Assembly (NCBI RefSeq): GCF_000025925.1
Contig: NC_014033.1
Span: 2,550,001-2,582,000 of the forward strand
Direction: 5' to 3'
From: Xylanibacter ruminicola 23
GTDB lineage: Bacteria > Bacteroidota > Bacteroidia > Bacteroidales > Bacteroidaceae
Length of the DNA stretch: 32,000 nt
Shown here piece after piece: positions 10,901 through 21,523 of the stretch (the first letter of the stretch is position 1; the number at the start of each line of letters is the position of its first letter). The notes below the pieces were generated by a model that saw only the letters and a program-made list of their open reading frames with translations, made no database searches and was not told the DNA's origin. Made by a program: the position numbers and the translations under genes.

Positions 10901-12329
10901 CCAGTGGGTGCAGCTGGATAGCCTTACCCTCAATCATCTTAGGCTGGAAGGCCTGGATACCCAGACGGTGCAGTGTTGGTGCACGGTTCAGGAGTACAGG
11001 GTGACCCTTCATCACGTTCTCAAGGATATCCCAGATAACTGGCTCACGACGGTCAACAATCTTCTTAGCGCTCTTAACAGTCTTCACGATACCGCGCTCG
11101 ATGAGCTTACGGATAATGAATGGCTTATACAGCTCGGCAGCCATCAGCTTTGGCAGACCGCACTCACCCATCTTCAGCTCAGGACCTACAACGATAACCG
11201 AACGGGCTGAATAGTCAACACGCTTACCCAGCAAGTTCTGACGGAAACGTCCCTGCTTTCCTTTCAGTGAGTCAGAGAGTGACTTCAGAGGACGGTTGCT
11301 ATCGCTCTTAACAGCAGACGACTTACGGCTGTTGTCGAAGAGTGAATCCACAGCCTCCTGCAGCATACGCTTCTCGTTTCGGAGAATTACCTCAGGAGCC
11401 TTAATCTCCATCAGACGCTTCAGACGGTTGTTACGGATGATGACACGACGATAGAGGTCGTTCAAGTCAGATGTAGCGAAACGTCCACCATCCAGTGGTA
11501 CCAGAGGACGGAGCTCAGGAGGTGTAACAGGGATAATCTTCATGATCATCCACTCGGGGCGGTTGATGCCCTTCTCAACTGATGTACGGAAAGCCTCTAC
11601 TACCTGCAGACGCTTCAGAGCCTCGTTCTTACGCTGAACTGAAGAGTCGCTGTTAGCACGGTCGCGCAGCTCGTACGACAGTGAGTCGAGATCGATACGT
11701 GTCAGGAGGTCGTAGATAGCCTCGGCACCCATCTTAGCGATGAACTTGTTAGGATCGCTATCGTCGAGATACTCGTTATCGGGTGAAAGCTGATTCTCTA
11801 CAATCTCTGAGTACTCATCCTCTGAGAGCAGGTCGAACTTGTTAGAACCCAGGGCATCGTTACCCTCGGCATCCTTACGGCCTGCCATTACACCTGGCTG
11901 GATAACCACGTAGCGCTCGTAGTAGATAACTGCATCGAGCTTCTTGGTGGGCAGACCCAGCAGGTAACCTATCTTATTAGGAAGACTACGGAAGTACCAG
12001 ATGTGTGCTACGGGCACAACGAGCTCGATGTGACCAGAACGCTCACGACGAACCTTCTTCTCTGTTACCTCTACACCACAACGGTCGCAGACAATACCCT
12101 TATAACGGATGCGCTTGTACTTACCGCAAGCACACTCGTAATCCTTGGTAGGACCGAAGATGCGCTCGCAGAACAAACCATCGCGCTCAGGCTTATAGGT
12201 ACGATAGTTGATGGTCTCTGGCTTGGTAACCTCACCGAAGCTGCTCTCCAGAATCTCTTCAGGAGAAGCAAGTCCGATGGTAATCTTCGTAAAATTATTC
12301 TTTATTTTTGAATCCTTCTTGAAAGCCAT
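7998..12329 (-). CDS. rpoC: DNA-directed RNA polymerase subunit beta'
   Basis: 1443 aa. Catalytic NADFDGDQM motif ([18 protein letters not shown]), N-terminal zinc-binding CxC...CxxC region, downstream of rpoB. Confidence 0.99.
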   Translation of the reverse strand: MAFKKDSKIKNNFTKITIGLASPEEILESSFGEVTKPETINYRTYKPERDGLFCERIFGPTKDYECACGKYKRIRYKGIVCDRCGVEVTEKKVRRERSGHIELVVPVAHIWYFRSLPNKIGYLLGLPTKKLDAVIYYERYVVIQPGVMAGRKDAEGNDALGSNKFDLLSEDEYSEIVENQLSPDNEYLDDSDPNKFIAKMGAEAIYDLLTRIDLDSLSYELRDRANSDSSVQRKNEALKRLQVVEAFRTSVEKGINRPEWMIMKIIPVTPPELRPLVPLDGGRFATSDLNDLYRRVIIRNNRLKRLMEIKAPEVILRNEKRMLQEAVDSLFDNSRKSSAVKSDSNRPLKSLSDSLKGKQGRFRQNLLGKRVDYSARSVIVVGPELKMGECGLPKLMAAELYKPFIIRKLIERGIVKTVKSAKKIVDRREPVIWDILENVMKGHPVLLNRAPTLHRLGIQAFQPKMIEGKAIQLHPLACTAFNADFDGDQMAVHLPLSNEAILEAQLLMLQSHNILNPANGAPITVPSQDMVLGLYYITKIRPGAKGEGLTFYGPEEAIIAHNEGKCELHAQVKVIVDDIVDGQPVRHMVETSVGRVIVNGIIPKEVGYVNKIISKKSLRDIIGAVIKNVGFAEACEFLDGIKNLGYRMAYVAGLSFNLDDIIIPKEKAELIAKGNEEVQQITDNYNMGFITDNERYNQVIDTWTHVNNDIGNILLKQMTEADQGFNAVFMMLDSGARGSKDQIKQLSGIRGLMAKPQKAGAEGHQIIENPILSNFKEGMSVLEYFISTHGARKGLADTAMKTADAGYLTRRLVDVSHDVIITEEDCGTLRGLQCTALKSGDEVISSLSERILGRVSVHDVINPKTGEVIVAAGEEITESIAEAIEASDIEMVEIRSVLTCESKKGVCMKCYGRNLATRRMVQKGEAVGVIAAQAIGEPGTQLTLRTFHAGGVAANAAANASIVSKYDRAMIEFEEVRTVPFDEDGRECQMVVSRLGEMRFVDPNTKIVLSTVNVPYGSSLYFGHGDEVAKGDKIAQWDPFNAVIVTEYAGTLKFNDVIEGITFRAETDETTGLTEKIVTESRDRTKVPTCDVIGADGEVIGTYSFPVGGHVVVEDGQTVSTGETLVKIPRAAAKGGDITGGLPRVTELFEARNPSNPAVVSEIDGEVTMGKVKRGNREIIVTSKTGEQRRYLVSLSKQILVQEHDAVRAGTPLSDGVITPGDILAIKGPTAVQEYIVNEVQDVYRLQGVKINDKHFEIIVRQMMRKVQINEPGDTSFLEQEIVDKLDFAEENDRIWGKKVVTDAGDSENLQKGQIVTARKLRDENSMLKRRDLRLVQVRDAVPATSTQILQGITRAALQTKSFMSAASFQETTKVLNEAAIRGKVDHLVGMKENVICGHLIPAGTGLREFEKIIVGSKEEYERIQANRKNVLDFADETILEEK

Positions 12330-12375
12330 ATATATTATCTTTCTCTTAATTCTTAACTCTTAATACTTAACTCAC

Positions 12376-15300
12376 TTAGTCGAGGGTAATACTCAAACCA
12401 AGACCACGCAACTCGTGCAGCAGCACATTGAGAGACTCGGGGATACCTGGTGTAGGCATTGGCTCGCCCTTAACGATAGCCTCGTAAGCCTTAGAGCGAC
12501 CTACGGTATCATCCGACTTGATTGTCAGGATCTCCTGAAGAACATGGCTGGCGCCGAAGGCCTCGAGGGCCCAAACCTCCATCTCTCCGAATCGCTGACC
12601 ACCGAACTGGGCCTTACCACCAAGAGGCTGCTGAGTAATCAAGCTGTACGGACCGATTGAACGGGCGTGCATCTTATCCTCAACCATGTGACCGAGCTTA
12701 AGGAAGTAGGTGATACCTACTGTAGCAGGCTGGTCGAAACGCTCACCGGTCTCACCATCATACAGGTGGGTAGAGCACAGGCGTGGCAGACCTGCCTTGT
12801 CAGTCCACTCAGCAAGGTCTTCGAGCTTAGCACCGTCGAAGATAGGTGTAGCGAACTTAACACCGAGCTTCTTACCGGCAGCACCGAGGATAGCCTCGAA
12901 AATCTGACCAAGGTTCATTCGAGAAGGCACACCCAGAGGGTTCAGTACCAGGTCGACTGGACGACCATCCTCGAGGAATGGCATATCCTCCTGACGTACG
13001 ATCTTAGATACGATACCCTTGTTACCGTGACGTCCGGCCAGCTTATCACCTACGCCGATCTTACGCTTCTTAGCTACATATACCTTAGCCATCTGCAGGA
13101 TGCCGTTTGGCAGCTCGTCACCGATTGTGATAGCGAACTTCTTACGCTTCATCTCAGCATCAAGCAGCTTGTACTTCTTCATGAAGTTGATAATCAGCTT
13201 GGCAATCAGCTCGTTCTTATGCTCGTCTGTTGTCCAGTTGCTAATCTGTACATCGCCATACTCAAGGTTGCGCAGGGCTGTAGCAGTGAACTTGCTACCC
13301 TTGGTGATGATCTCGGCACCGGTGTAGTCCTTAACACCCTGTGAGGTCTTACCCTTAGTGAGCTCCATGAGCTTGTCGATCAGGATATCCTTCAGGTCCT
13401 CAACCTTTGCCTCGTACTCCTCGTCGATCTTAGCAAGCACGATCTTATCCTGCTGCTTAGACTTACGGTCCTTGATGGCACGCTGGAACATCTTCTTATC
13501 AATAATAACACCACTCAGTGATGGGTTAGCCTTGAGTGAAGAATCCTTCACATCACCAGCCTTGTCACCGAAGATGGCACGGAGCAGCTTCTCCTCAGGT
13601 GAAGGATCGCTCTCACCCTTAGGTGAAATCTTACCAATCAGGATGTCGCCTGGCTCAACACGGGCACCAACACGGATAACACCGTTGTCGTCCAAATCCT
13701 TTGTGGCCTCCTCACTTACGTTAGGAATATCAGCTGTGAACTCCTCAACACCACGCTTGGTCTCACGTACATCGAGTGAGTACTCATCAACGTGTACAGA
13801 GGTAAGTACGTCGTCGCGAACAATGCGCTCGTTAAGCACGATAGCATCCTCATAGTTGTAACCCTTCCAAGGCATGTAAGCTACCAGCAGGTTACGGCCC
13901 AGAGCCAGCTCACCATCCTCGGTAGCGTAACCCTCAGTCAGGATATCACCGGCCTTTACGCGCTGTCCCTTCTCACAGATAGGACGCAGGTCGATGGTCA
14001 TATTCTGGTTGGTACGACGGAACTTAGCGATACGGTACTCCTTCAGGGCGGGCTCGAAGCTTACGAACTCCTCGTCCTCGGTGCGATCGTACAGAATACG
14101 GATGGTTGTAGCATCAACGTACTCGATAACACCATCACCCTCGGCAGTAACCATGGTACGTGAATCCTCACATACCTGCTTCTCGATACCGGTACCTACG
14201 ATAGGTGCCTCGTTGTGCAGCAGAGGTACGGCCTGGCGCATCATGTTAGATCCCATCAGCGCACGGTGAGCATCGTCGTGCTCCAGGAATGGGATAAGAG
14301 ATGCAGCGATAGAGGCAATCTGCTGTGGCGATACATCCATCAGGTCAACGTCTGTAGGTGGAACTACAGGGAAGTCGGCATCCTGACGACACTTAACAAC
14401 CGAGCGGATAAATGTACCATCGTCGTTCAGAGGTGCGTTACCCTGACCGATGATGTGCTCAGCCTCCTCCTCTGCGGTGAGGTAAACGATACCATTGTCG
14501 CTCAGGTCGGCAACACCATTCTCTACCTTACGGTAAGGAGTCTGGATAAATCCGAGCTCGTTGATCTTAGCATATACACAGAGAGATGAGATCAGACCGA
14601 TGTTTGGTCCCTCAGGGCTCTCGATAGGACACAGACGACCATAGTGTGTATAGTGTACGTCACGAACCTCGAATCCGGCGCGCTCACGGCTCAGACCACC
14701 AGGACCCAGGGCTGAGAGACGACGCTTGTGAGTAACCTCGGCCAGAGGGTTGGTCTGGTCCATGAACTGCGACAGAGGGTTGGTACCGAAGAACGAGTTG
14801 ATAACGCTAGAGATAGTCTTGGCGTTGATCAGATCGGTTGGTGTGAACACCTCGTTATCGCGAACGTTCATGCGCTCACGGATGGTACGGCTCATACGAG
14901 CCAGACCTATAGAGAACTGATTAGCCAGCTGCTCGCCTACGGTACGTACGCGACGGTTCGACAGGTGGTCGATATCGTCGACAGTAGCCTTAGAGTTAAC
15001 CAACTGAATCAGATACTTGATAATCTCGATAATATCTTCCTTGGTCAGAACGCGAACATCCATATCGGTGTTCAAACCAAGCTTCTTGTTGATACGGTAA
15101 CGACCAACATCACCCAGATCGTAACGCTTGTCTGAGAAGAACAGGTTCTGGATAACCTCACGTGCGCTGGCATCATCGGCAGGATCGGCATTACGCAGCT
15201 GACGGTAGATGTAAAGCACAGCCTCCTTCTCAGAGTTAGATGGGTCTTTGGCCAGTGTGTTGAAGATGATGCTGTAATCCGAAGCAACAGATGCGTCCTT

Positions 15301-16188
15301 GTGCACCAGGATAGTCTGTGCGCCACTCTCAAGGATGTCCATCATGTTCTCCTCGGTAATCTCAGTCTCACGCTCCATAATCATCTGGTTACGCTCGATT
15401 GATACTACCTCACCAGTATCCTCATCAACGAAGTCCTCGTTCCAGCTCTTCAGTACGCGGGCAGCAAGCTTGCAGCCAATCACAGCCTTCAGGCTCTTCT
15501 TGTTAACCTTAACCTCCTCGGCCAGGTTGAAGATCTGCAGGATGTCCTTATCGGCCTCGAAACCGATAGCACGCAGCAGAGTTGTTACGGGCAACTTCTT
15601 CTTACGGTCGATGTATGCGTACATCACATTGTTGATGTCGGTAGCAAACTCGATCCATGAACCCTTGAATGGGATAACACGAGCCGAATACAGCAGGGTA
15701 CCGTTAGCATGTACGCTCTGGCCGAAGAATACGCCAGGTGAACGGTGCAACTGTGAAACGACTACGCGCTCGGCTCCATTGATAACGAATGTACCATTGG
15801 CGGTCATGTAAGGGATAGGACCCAGGAACACATCCTGAATCACAGTTCCGAAATCCTCATGATCCGGATCAGTACAATACAGTTTCAGCTTAGCCTTCAG
15901 GGGCACGCTATAAGTCAAACCACGCTCCAAGCACTCATCGATGCTGTAACGAGGTGGGTCGATATAGTAATCCAAGAACTCAAGAACGAAATTATTACGT
16001 GTATCGGTGATAGGGAAGTTCTCAGCGAACACCTTATACAAGCCGTCATTCTTGCGTTCCTCAGGCGGAGTATCCAACTGCAGGAAGTCTTTGAACGACT
16101 TTAATTGCACATCAAGGAAATCCGGGAATGGCATCGGATTTTTGACGCTGCCAAAGTTTACTCTGTTATCTATTATTTTTGAAGCCAT
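12376..16188 (-). CDS. rpoB: DNA-directed RNA polymerase subunit beta
   Basis: 1270 aa. Conserved blocks [31 protein letters not shown] and the rifampicin-region-like [25 protein letters not shown]. Confidence 0.99.
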   Translation of the reverse strand: MASKIIDNRVNFGSVKNPMPFPDFLDVQLKSFKDFLQLDTPPEERKNDGLYKVFAENFPITDTRNNFVLEFLDYYIDPPRYSIDECLERGLTYSVPLKAKLKLYCTDPDHEDFGTVIQDVFLGPIPYMTANGTFVINGAERVVVSQLHRSPGVFFGQSVHANGTLLYSARVIPFKGSWIEFATDINNVMYAYIDRKKKLPVTTLLRAIGFEADKDILQIFNLAEEVKVNKKSLKAVIGCKLAARVLKSWNEDFVDEDTGEVVSIERNQMIMERETEITEENMMDILESGAQTILVHKDASVASDYSIIFNTLAKDPSNSEKEAVLYIYRQLRNADPADDASAREVIQNLFFSDKRYDLGDVGRYRINKKLGLNTDMDVRVLTKEDIIEIIKYLIQLVNSKATVDDIDHLSNRRVRTVGEQLANQFSIGLARMSRTIRERMNVRDNEVFTPTDLINAKTISSVINSFFGTNPLSQFMDQTNPLAEVTHKRRLSALGPGGLSRERAGFEVRDVHYTHYGRLCPIESPEGPNIGLISSLCVYAKINELGFIQTPYRKVENGVADLSDNGIVYLTAEEEAEHIIGQGNAPLNDDGTFIRSVVKCRQDADFPVVPPTDVDLMDVSPQQIASIAASLIPFLEHDDAHRALMGSNMMRQAVPLLHNEAPIVGTGIEKQVCEDSRTMVTAEGDGVIEYVDATTIRILYDRTEDEEFVSFEPALKEYRIAKFRRTNQNMTIDLRPICEKGQRVKAGDILTEGYATEDGELALGRNLLVAYMPWKGYNYEDAIVLNERIVRDDVLTSVHVDEYSLDVRETKRGVEEFTADIPNVSEEATKDLDDNGVIRVGARVEPGDILIGKISPKGESDPSPEEKLLRAIFGDKAGDVKDSSLKANPSLSGVIIDKKMFQRAIKDRKSKQQDKIVLAKIDEEYEAKVEDLKDILIDKLMELTKGKTSQGVKDYTGAEIITKGSKFTATALRNLEYGDVQISNWTTDEHKNELIAKLIINFMKKYKLLDAEMKRKKFAITIGDELPNGILQMAKVYVAKKRKIGVGDKLAGRHGNKGIVSKIVRQEDMPFLEDGRPVDLVLNPLGVPSRMNLGQIFEAILGAAGKKLGVKFATPIFDGAKLEDLAEWTDKAGLPRLCSTHLYDGETGERFDQPATVGITYFLKLGHMVEDKMHARSIGPYSLITQQPLGGKAQFGGQRFGEMEVWALEAFGASHVLQEILTIKSDDTVGRSKAYEAIVKGEPMPTPGIPESLNVLLHELRGLGLSITLD

Positions 16189-16200
16189 AAATTATAATTT

Positions 16201-16242
16201 AAATAAAAAGGCTAGGAACCCCCGACTGGGGAGTCCCTAACC
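16201..16242 (-). terminator. rplL-rpoB intergenic attenuator/terminator hairpin
   Basis: Minus-strand GGTTAGGGACTCCCC-AGTC-GGGGGTTCCTAGCC (about 14-bp stem including 3 G.U pairs) followed by TTTTTATTT. Its position between rplL and rpoB matches the attenuator known at this junction in E. coli. Confidence 0.6.
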
Positions 16243-16265
16243 GATTGCTATTTGTATGTAACTGA

Positions 16266-16646
16266 TTACTTCAGCTCAACCTCGGCACCAGCGGCCTCGA
16301 TGGTCTTCTTCAGGTTCTCAGCCTCTTCCTTGCTCAGACCCTCCTTAACGGTAGCAGGAGCACCGTCTACGAGATCCTTAGCCTCTTTCAGACCAAGACC
16401 ACAAGCCTCCTTAACGGCCTTTACAACCTGCAGCTTAGCAGCACCGGCTGACTTCAGAACTACGTCGAATGAAGTCTTCTCCTCAGCTGCATCAGCAGCA
16501 CCAGCTGCAGCAGGACCAGCGGCAACAGCAACAGCTGCAGCGGCGGGCTCAATTCCATACTCGTCCTTCAGGACAGTTGCCAACTCATTAACTTCTTTTA
16601 CAGTAAGGTTTACCAACTCTTCTGCAATAGCTTTAATATCTGCCAT
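16266..16646 (-). CDS. rplL: 50S ribosomal protein L7/L12
   Basis: 126 aa, [34 protein letters not shown], Ala-rich hinge, C-terminal ...[34 protein letters not shown]. Confidence 0.97.
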   Translation of the reverse strand: MADIKAIAEELVNLTVKEVNELATVLKDEYGIEPAAAAVAVAAGPAAAGAADAAEEKTSFDVVLKSAGAAKLQVVKAVKEACGLGLKEAKDLVDGAPATVKEGLSKEEAENLKKTIEAAGAEVELK

Positions 16647-16694
16647 TTTATTTAAAATTTTAATTGTTTTTAATTTGAATGTTACTTATTTCGC

Positions 16695-17210
16695 TTATTT
16701 GTTACGCTCAGCGATAGCGTCAAGCAGACCGTGAACCTTGCCACCAGCGTTCAAGCCAGAAACAACATTCTTGATTGGAGACTGCAGCAGAGCTACAACC
16801 TCGGCGATCAGTTCGTTCTTGCTCTTGATTGCTACGAGCTCATCAAGCTTGTCAGCACCAACGAAGAAGCTCTCCTCAGCATATGCACCCTTCAGGGCGG
16901 GGATACCTTCCTTCTTGTACTCCTTGATCAGCTTAGCAGGAACGTTAGCTGTCTGTGCGAACATAACAGCTGTGTTACCCTTCAAGCACTCATAAAGTGG
17001 AGTGAAATCAATCTCTGAAGCCTCAAATGCCTTCTGGAGAAGAGTGTTCTTCACCACCAGCAACTTAATCTCATTCTTGAAGCACTTCTCACGGAGCTCT
17101 GATGTCTTAGCGGCATCGAGACCGGTCAGGTCAACAAGATAGAAATGAGGATATGCCTTCAGTTTCTCTCCAAGTTCTACAATGATAGTATCTTTTACTT
17201 CCTTTTTCAT
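16695..17210 (-). CDS. rplJ: 50S ribosomal protein L10
   Basis: 171 aa in the conserved position between rplA and rplL. L10-like sequence (FYLVDLTGLDAAKTSELREKCFKNEIKLLVVKNTLL). Confidence 0.95.
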   Translation of the reverse strand: MKKEVKDTIIVELGEKLKAYPHFYLVDLTGLDAAKTSELREKCFKNEIKLLVVKNTLLQKAFEASEIDFTPLYECLKGNTAVMFAQTANVPAKLIKEYKKEGIPALKGAYAEESFFVGADKLDELVAIKSKNELIAEVVALLQSPIKNVVSGLNAGGKVHGLLDAIAERNK

Positions 17211-17230
17211 TTGTCTAATCTTTTAACGAG

Positions 17231-17923
17231 TTATTCAACTGATTTAGGATCTACCTTGATACCCATGCTCATAGTGCTTGAGAGGAAGATACTCTTAATG
17301 TATGTACCCTTAGCAGCGGCGGGCTTCAGCTTGATAATGGTAGAGATAAACTCCTTAGCATTCTCAAAGATCTGATCACCAGTGAAGTTGATCTTACCAA
17401 TTGATGTGTGCACGATACCTGCCTTATCAACCTTAAAGTCAATCTTACCCTGCTTAACTTCCTTAACTGCCTTAGCAACATCCATAGTAACAGTACCACT
17501 CTTGGGGTTTGGCATCAGTCCGCGGGGACCGAGCACACGGCCCAAAGGACCGAGCTTACCCATGCAAGAAGGCATTGTGATGATAACATCAACATCTGTC
17601 CAACCACCCTTGATCTTCTCGATATACTCGTCAAGACCTACGTAGTCGGCACCTGCTTCCTTAGCAGCAGCCTCCTGATCAGGAGTACAGAGAGCGAGCA
17701 CACGTGTAACCTTACCAGTTCCGTTTGGCAGCGATACAACGCCACGAACCATCTGGTTAGCCTTACGTGGATCAACGCCCAAGCGTACATCGATATCAAC
17801 TGAAGCGTCGAACTTAGTGGTGGTAATTTCCTTCACCAGTGCGGCGGCTTCCTTCAAAGAGTATGCTTTCCCTGCTTCAACCTTATCAGCGACCAACTTT
17901 TGATTTTTTGTCAGTTTACTCAT
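17231..17923 (-). CDS. rplA: 50S ribosomal protein L1
   Basis: 230 aa, ...[35 protein letters not shown]... is canonical L1. Confidence 0.97.
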   Translation of the reverse strand: MSKLTKNQKLVADKVEAGKAYSLKEAAALVKEITTTKFDASVDIDVRLGVDPRKANQMVRGVVSLPNGTGKVTRVLALCTPDQEAAAKEAGADYVGLDEYIEKIKGGWTDVDVIITMPSCMGKLGPLGRVLGPRGLMPNPKSGTVTMDVAKAVKEVKQGKIDFKVDKAGIVHTSIGKINFTGDQIFENAKEFISTIIKLKPAAAKGTYIKSIFLSSTMSMGIKVDPKSVE

Positions 17924-17945
17924 TGTCTCTAATTGAAGTTATTAA

Positions 17946-18386
17946 TTATTTACCAGGGAACTCCCCTTCTACAGTGATACCCATACTACGCGCTGTACCA
18001 GCGATCAGCTTCATAGCTGACTCTACGGTAAAGCAGTTCAAGTCCTTCAGCTTGTCCTCAGCAATAACGCGAACCTGATCCCAAGTTACCTTGGCTACCT
18101 TCTTACGGTTTGGCTCAGCACTACCGCTCTTCAGCTTAGCAGCTTCCTTCAGCTGTACAGCTGCGGGAGGAGTCTTCAGCTCGAAAGAGAATGACTTGTC
18201 AGTGTAGTAGGTGATAACAACAGGAATAATCTTTCCTGCCTTATCCTGGGTTCTGGCGTTGAACTCTTTGCAGAATCCCATAATGTTAATTCCCTTAGAA
18301 CCCAGTGCAGGTCCTACTGGAGGTGAGGGATTCGCAGCGCCACCTTTAATCTGTAATTTGATTAATCCAGCAACTTCTTTAGCCAT
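17946..18386 (-). CDS. rplK: 50S ribosomal protein L11
   Basis: 146 aa, [44 protein letters not shown] is canonical L11. Confidence 0.97.
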   Translation of the reverse strand: MAKEVAGLIKLQIKGGAANPSPPVGPALGSKGINIMGFCKEFNARTQDKAGKIIPVVITYYTDKSFSFELKTPPAAVQLKEAAKLKSGSAEPNRKKVAKVTWDQVRVIAEDKLKDLNCFTVESAMKLIAGTARSMGITVEGEFPGK

Positions 18387-18481
18387 TTCTGTTTGTTATT
18401 AATTGAATTTTGTTATATAAGCATCAGGAGTGGAAGCCTCCCTCTACCGATATAGAGAACAGGCGAACCGTAACATTCACC

Positions 18482-19027
18482 CTATTCCTTTTCTACCTGA
18501 TTATATCCAAGCTCCAGAGGAGTCTTGCGACCGAAAATCTTAACCATAACTTTCAGCTTGTGTTTCTCGGCATTCACCTCTTCGATAATTCCGCTGAATC
18601 CGCTGAAAGGTCCATCTGTTACCTTAACTGCTTCATCCACAGCATAAGGTACACCAATCTCTTCACTCTTTATCTCCGTCTCCTCGGCAGTACCAAGGAT
18701 TCTGTTAATATCACTCTGCTTTACAGGGGTTGGATTATCCAAACCGCCCAAGAAGCCTAACACATTAGGCATAAAGCGCAGTGTGTGAGCCATCTCACCC
18801 TGAAGGTTGGCCTCTACCAACACATAACCTGGCAAGAACAGCTTCTCCTTAACCACACGCTTACCATTACGCAGCTGAGCATATTTCTCGGTAGGCAGTA
18901 ACACCTGACCAACGTTTGCTTGGAGGAAAGAGTCACGCTTCATCAAGGCCTCAAGGTATTCCTTTACCTTGGCCTCTTTACCGCTAACAGCGCGAAGTAC
19001 GTACCATTTCATTCCTGACTGAGCCAT
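18482..19027 (-). CDS. nusG: Transcription termination/antitermination factor NusG
   Basis: 181 aa. NGN domain start KWYVLRAVSGKEAKVKEYLE and C-terminal KOW (VKVTDGPFSGFSGIIEEVNAEKHKLKVMVKIFGR). secE-nusG-rplK context. An alternative start is the ATG at 19012. Confidence 0.95.
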   Translation of the reverse strand: MAQSGMKWYVLRAVSGKEAKVKEYLEALMKRDSFLQANVGQVLLPTEKYAQLRNGKRVVKEKLFLPGYVLVEANLQGEMAHTLRFMPNVLGFLGGLDNPTPVKQSDINRILGTAEETEIKSEEIGVPYAVDEAVKVTDGPFSGFSGIIEEVNAEKHKLKVMVKIFGRKTPLELGYNQVEKE

Positions 19028-19044
19028 CTCTCAAACAACGTTTA

Positions 19045-19236
19045 TTAACCGGGATAAACCATACTCATTACCGACTTGAACACAAAGTCCATGGCCCATA
19101 CTACCAAAGCAATAATAAGCGATGCTGAAAGCACCACTACTGCACTATGAGTCAACTCTTTGCGAGAAGGCCAAGTTGTCTTATGTGCCAACTCGTCGTA
19201 ACAAGCTTTGCAATAATCGATAAACTTCTTAAACAT
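19045..19236 (-). CDS. secE: Preprotein translocase subunit SecE
   Basis: 63 aa with a single C-terminal TM helix (AVVVLSASLIIALVVWAMDFVF) and the KTTWPSRKEL motif. Lies between tRNA-Trp and nusG. Confidence 0.9.
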   Translation of the reverse strand: MFKKFIDYCKACYDELAHKTTWPSRKELTHSAVVVLSASLIIALVVWAMDFVFKSVMSMVYPG

Positions 19237-19252
19237 ATTATTTCTTATTTAG

Positions 19253-19325
19253 CACGGGAAGGAGGACTCGAACCCACGACCCTCGGTTTTGGAGACCGAT
19301 GCTCTACCAACTGAGCTATTCCCGT
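19253..19325 (-). tRNA. tRNA-Trp (anticodon CCA)
   Basis: Hand-folded cloverleaf on the minus strand: ACGGGAA TA GCTC AGTTGGTA GAGC A TCGGT CTCCAAA ACCGA GGGTC GTGGG TTCGAGT CCTCC TTCCCGT G (73 nt, CCA tail not encoded). The T-stem carries one U.C mismatch and one G.U pair. Canonical tuf / tRNA-Trp / secE placement. Confidence 0.88.
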
Positions 19326-19410
19326 AAGTAAGCCCCCGCCCATTAAAACGGGGGCTTGGTTTATCTAGTGTTTACTAGAAATTTCTAGATTATCTAGAGC
19401 TTACTGAGGA

Positions 19411-20595
19411 TTAGTCCTCGTAAACCTCTGTGATCTGACCAGAACCTACTGTACGACCACCCTCACGGATAGCGAAGCGCAGACCTGGGTTCAGAGCTAC
19501 AGCGTAGATAAGCTCAACAGTGATCTCTACGTTATCACCAGGCATTACCATCTCAACACCTGCGGGCAGAGAAATCTCACCTGTGCAGTCCATTGTGCGG
19601 AGATAGAACTGAGGACGATACTTGTTTCCGAATGGAGTGTGACGACCACCCTCTTCCTTCTTCAGAACATAGATAGAAGCCTTGAACTTCTTGAATGGCT
19701 TGATCTGACCTGGGTGGCAGAGTACCATACCACGCTTGATCTCGTTCTTGTCGATACCGCGGAGCAGCAGACCTACGTTATCACCAGCCTGACCCTCATC
19801 AAGAATCTTGCGGAACATCTCAACGCCAGTTACAACTGACTTCTTGTCCTCACCAAGACCGAGCAGCTCAACCTCATCACCTACGTGGATAACACCAGTC
19901 TCGATACGACCAGTAGCAACTGTACCACGACCTGTGATTGAGAATACGTCCTCAACAGGCATCAAGAATGGCTTGTCAGTTGCACGAGGAGGCTCCTGGA
20001 TCCATTCATCACAAGTGTTCATGAGCTCCATTACCTTCTCCTCCCACTTAGCAACACCGTTCAGTGCACCAAGGGCAGAACCGCGGATAATAGGAGTATC
20101 CTCTTCAAACTCATACTGCTCCAGAATCTCGCGGACCTCCATCTCAACGAGCTCCAGCATCTCCTCATCCTCAACCATATCGCACTTGTTCAGGAATACA
20201 ACCAGACGGGGAACGTTCACCTGACGAGCGAGCAGAACGTGCTCACGAGTCTGAGGCATAGGACCGTCAGTAGCAGCTACAACGAGAATAGCACCGTCCA
20301 TCTGAGCAGCACCAGTTACCATGTTCTTTACATAGTCAGCGTGTCCTGGGCAGTCAACGTGAGCGTAGTGACGCTTTGCAGTCTCATACTCAACGTGAGC
20401 GGTGTTAATAGTGATACCACGCTCCTTCTCCTCAGGAGCGTTATCAATCTGATCGAATGACTTAACCTCAGAGAGACCAGCCTTTGCCAGCACAGTTGTG
20501 ATAGCAGCTGTCAGAGTTGTCTTACCGTGGTCAACGTGACCGATAGTACCGATGTTTACGTGCGGTTTGGTGCGCACAAAATTCTCTTTTGCCAT
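19411..20595 (-). CDS. tuf: Elongation factor Tu
   Basis: 394 aa. [21 protein letters not shown] motifs. Full-length EF-Tu preceded by the Thr-Tyr-Gly-Thr tRNA cluster. Confidence 0.99.
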   Translation of the reverse strand: MAKENFVRTKPHVNIGTIGHVDHGKTTLTAAITTVLAKAGLSEVKSFDQIDNAPEEKERGITINTAHVEYETAKRHYAHVDCPGHADYVKNMVTGAAQMDGAILVVAATDGPMPQTREHVLLARQVNVPRLVVFLNKCDMVEDEEMLELVEMEVREILEQYEFEEDTPIIRGSALGALNGVAKWEEKVMELMNTCDEWIQEPPRATDKPFLMPVEDVFSITGRGTVATGRIETGVIHVGDEVELLGLGEDKKSVVTGVEMFRKILDEGQAGDNVGLLLRGIDKNEIKRGMVLCHPGQIKPFKKFKASIYVLKKEEGGRHTPFGNKYRPQFYLRTMDCTGEISLPAGVEMVMPGDNVEITVELIYAVALNPGLRFAIREGGRTVGSGQITEVYED

Positions 20596-20659
20596 TTTAC
20601 TTGTTATTAATTCTGTTAATTATTACGAATTTTCAGTTTCCTCCTTCTAATCGCAAGAG

Positions 20660-20731
<72 letters not shown>

Positions 20732-20741
20732 ATGTTCTTTG

Positions 20742-20814
20742 AGCGGAAAACGGGGCTCAAACCCGCGACCCCCAGCTTGGAAGGCTAGTGCTCTATCAAC
20801 TGAGCTATTTCCGC
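20742..20814 (-). tRNA. tRNA-Gly (anticodon TCC)
   Basis: Minus strand GCGGAAA TA GCTC AGTTGATA GAGC A CTAGC CTTCCAA GCTGG GGGTC GCGGG TTTGAGC CCCGT TTTCCGC T, 73 nt. Confidence 0.93.
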
Positions 20815-20829
20815 AAACATCTCTTGTAG

Positions 20830-20912
20830 TGGGTGCTGATGGATTCGAACCACCGAAGTCGAAAGACAGCAGATTTACAGTCTGCCCCATTTGGCCACTC
20901 TGGAAAACACCC
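20830..20912 (-). tRNA. tRNA-Tyr (anticodon GTA), long variable arm
   Basis: Minus strand GGGTGTT...GCAGA CTGTAAA TCTGC TGTCTTTCGACTTC GGTGG TTCGAAT CCATC AGCACCC A. Class II tRNA, 83 nt. Confidence 0.92.
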
Positions 20913-21007
20913 ATGTCATTTTCGCTTATTAAGCGAGGGACGACCTTCCCTTTTGTTCTTTCGAACCAAGCGGATCGGCTTTCACCTATCCTCCTCCTTC
21001 CTTCTTG

Positions 21008-21081
21008 AGCCTCTTGTCGGATTCGAACCAACGACCCCGAGATTACAAATCACGTGCTCTGGCCAACTGAGCTAAAGAGGC
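21008..21081 (-). tRNA. tRNA-Thr (anticodon TGT)
   Basis: Minus strand GCCTCTT TA GCTC AGTTGGCCA GAGC A CGTGA TTTGTAA TCTCG GGGTC GTTGG TTCGAAT CCGAC AAGAGGC T, 74 nt. One U.U mismatch in the anticodon stem. Confidence 0.9.
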
Positions 21082-21135
21082 TTTTCTAAGCAGCCGTTCT
21101 CTGTTTCAGATTTACGACCTGTCGGAAAACGGCTG

Positions 21136-21143
21136 CAAAGTTA
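21136..21143 (-). promoter_or_regulatory. Bacteroidota -7 promoter box (TAACTTTG) for the tRNA-tuf operon
   Basis: Plus strand CAAAGTTA equals minus-strand TAACTTTG (TAnnTTTG consensus). Lies about 55 nt upstream of the 5' end of tRNA-Thr(TGT). Confidence 0.5.
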
Positions 21144-21183
21144 CGACTTATTTTTGAATTACCAAAACTTTTTCGAGTTTTTT

Positions 21184-21483
21184 TTATCTATTTCTCAATT
21201 TTTCCTTGAATTTCGTCAATTGAGCCCTCATAGAATCCACGCAAAGGTCAATTCCTTCCTCAAAAGTGTCACATGTCTTGTCTACGAAGAGAGTGGTTCC
21301 TGGAACGAAAACCTCAAGACTTGCTTCCTTATTTTGAGCCGTGGCTGGCTTGACTACTTTAAGTTGCACCTCTACTTTCTGTATATCCTCAAACGATTTT
21401 TCTAACTTGGCGACCTTCTTTTCGATGAACGCCTCTAACTTCTCGGTAGCGTCGAAGTGAATCGACTTAATCTTAATCTCCAT
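21184..21483 (-). CDS. hpf: Ribosome hibernation promoting factor (HPF/RaiA, S30EA family)
   Basis: 99 aa, MEIKIKSIHFDATEKLEAFIEKKVAKLEKSFEDIQKVEVQLKV... is the typical short HPF pattern. Confidence 0.88.
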   Translation of the reverse strand: MEIKIKSIHFDATEKLEAFIEKKVAKLEKSFEDIQKVEVQLKVVKPATAQNKEASLEVFVPGTTLFVDKTCDTFEEGIDLCVDSMRAQLTKFKEKLRNR

Positions 21484-21523
21484 AGTTACCTCCTATTTTA
21501 AAATAGTTATTAATAAAAAAGGT

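Noticed and set aside
8133-15811. Long plus-strand ORFs inside rpoC and rpoB (e.g. 8133-8972 at 279 aa, 12667-13344 at 225 aa, 13358-13855, 15299-15811).
   Set aside because: They lie antisense to unmistakable full-length rpoC/rpoB. Their translations are low-complexity (Leu/Ser/Thr-rich) with no motifs. They are typical shadow ORFs of highly expressed, codon-biased genes.
16252-16734. 160-aa plus-strand ORF, Ala/Ser-rich.
   Set aside because: It is a mirror image of the Ala-rich rplL gene on the opposite strand. rplL is canonical, so this ORF is an artefact.
18387-18481. 95-nt nusG-rplK spacer examined for an L1-binding leader.
   Set aside because: I could not identify a convincing 23S-mimic stem by eye. 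It is left unannotated.
20913-21007. 95-nt spacer between tRNA-Tyr and tRNA-Thr(TGT) containing GGTTCGAA, a T-loop-like string. Considered as a fifth tRNA or a tRNA pseudogene.
   Set aside because: I could not fold flanking bases into a T-stem, acceptor stem or anticodon arm. Only two small hairpins are present (CGCTT-att-AAGCG and GGGA-cgacct-TCCC). At most it is a decayed remnant or a processing spacer.
21090-21136. 9-bp inverted repeat GCAGCCGTT ... AACGGCTGC downstream of hpf, considered as the hpf terminator.
   Set aside because: It has a 29-nt loop and no U tract. One arm overlaps the -7 box and probable TSS of the tRNA operon, so the full hairpin would not be in that transcript. It may be a DNA-level site but the support is too weak to call.
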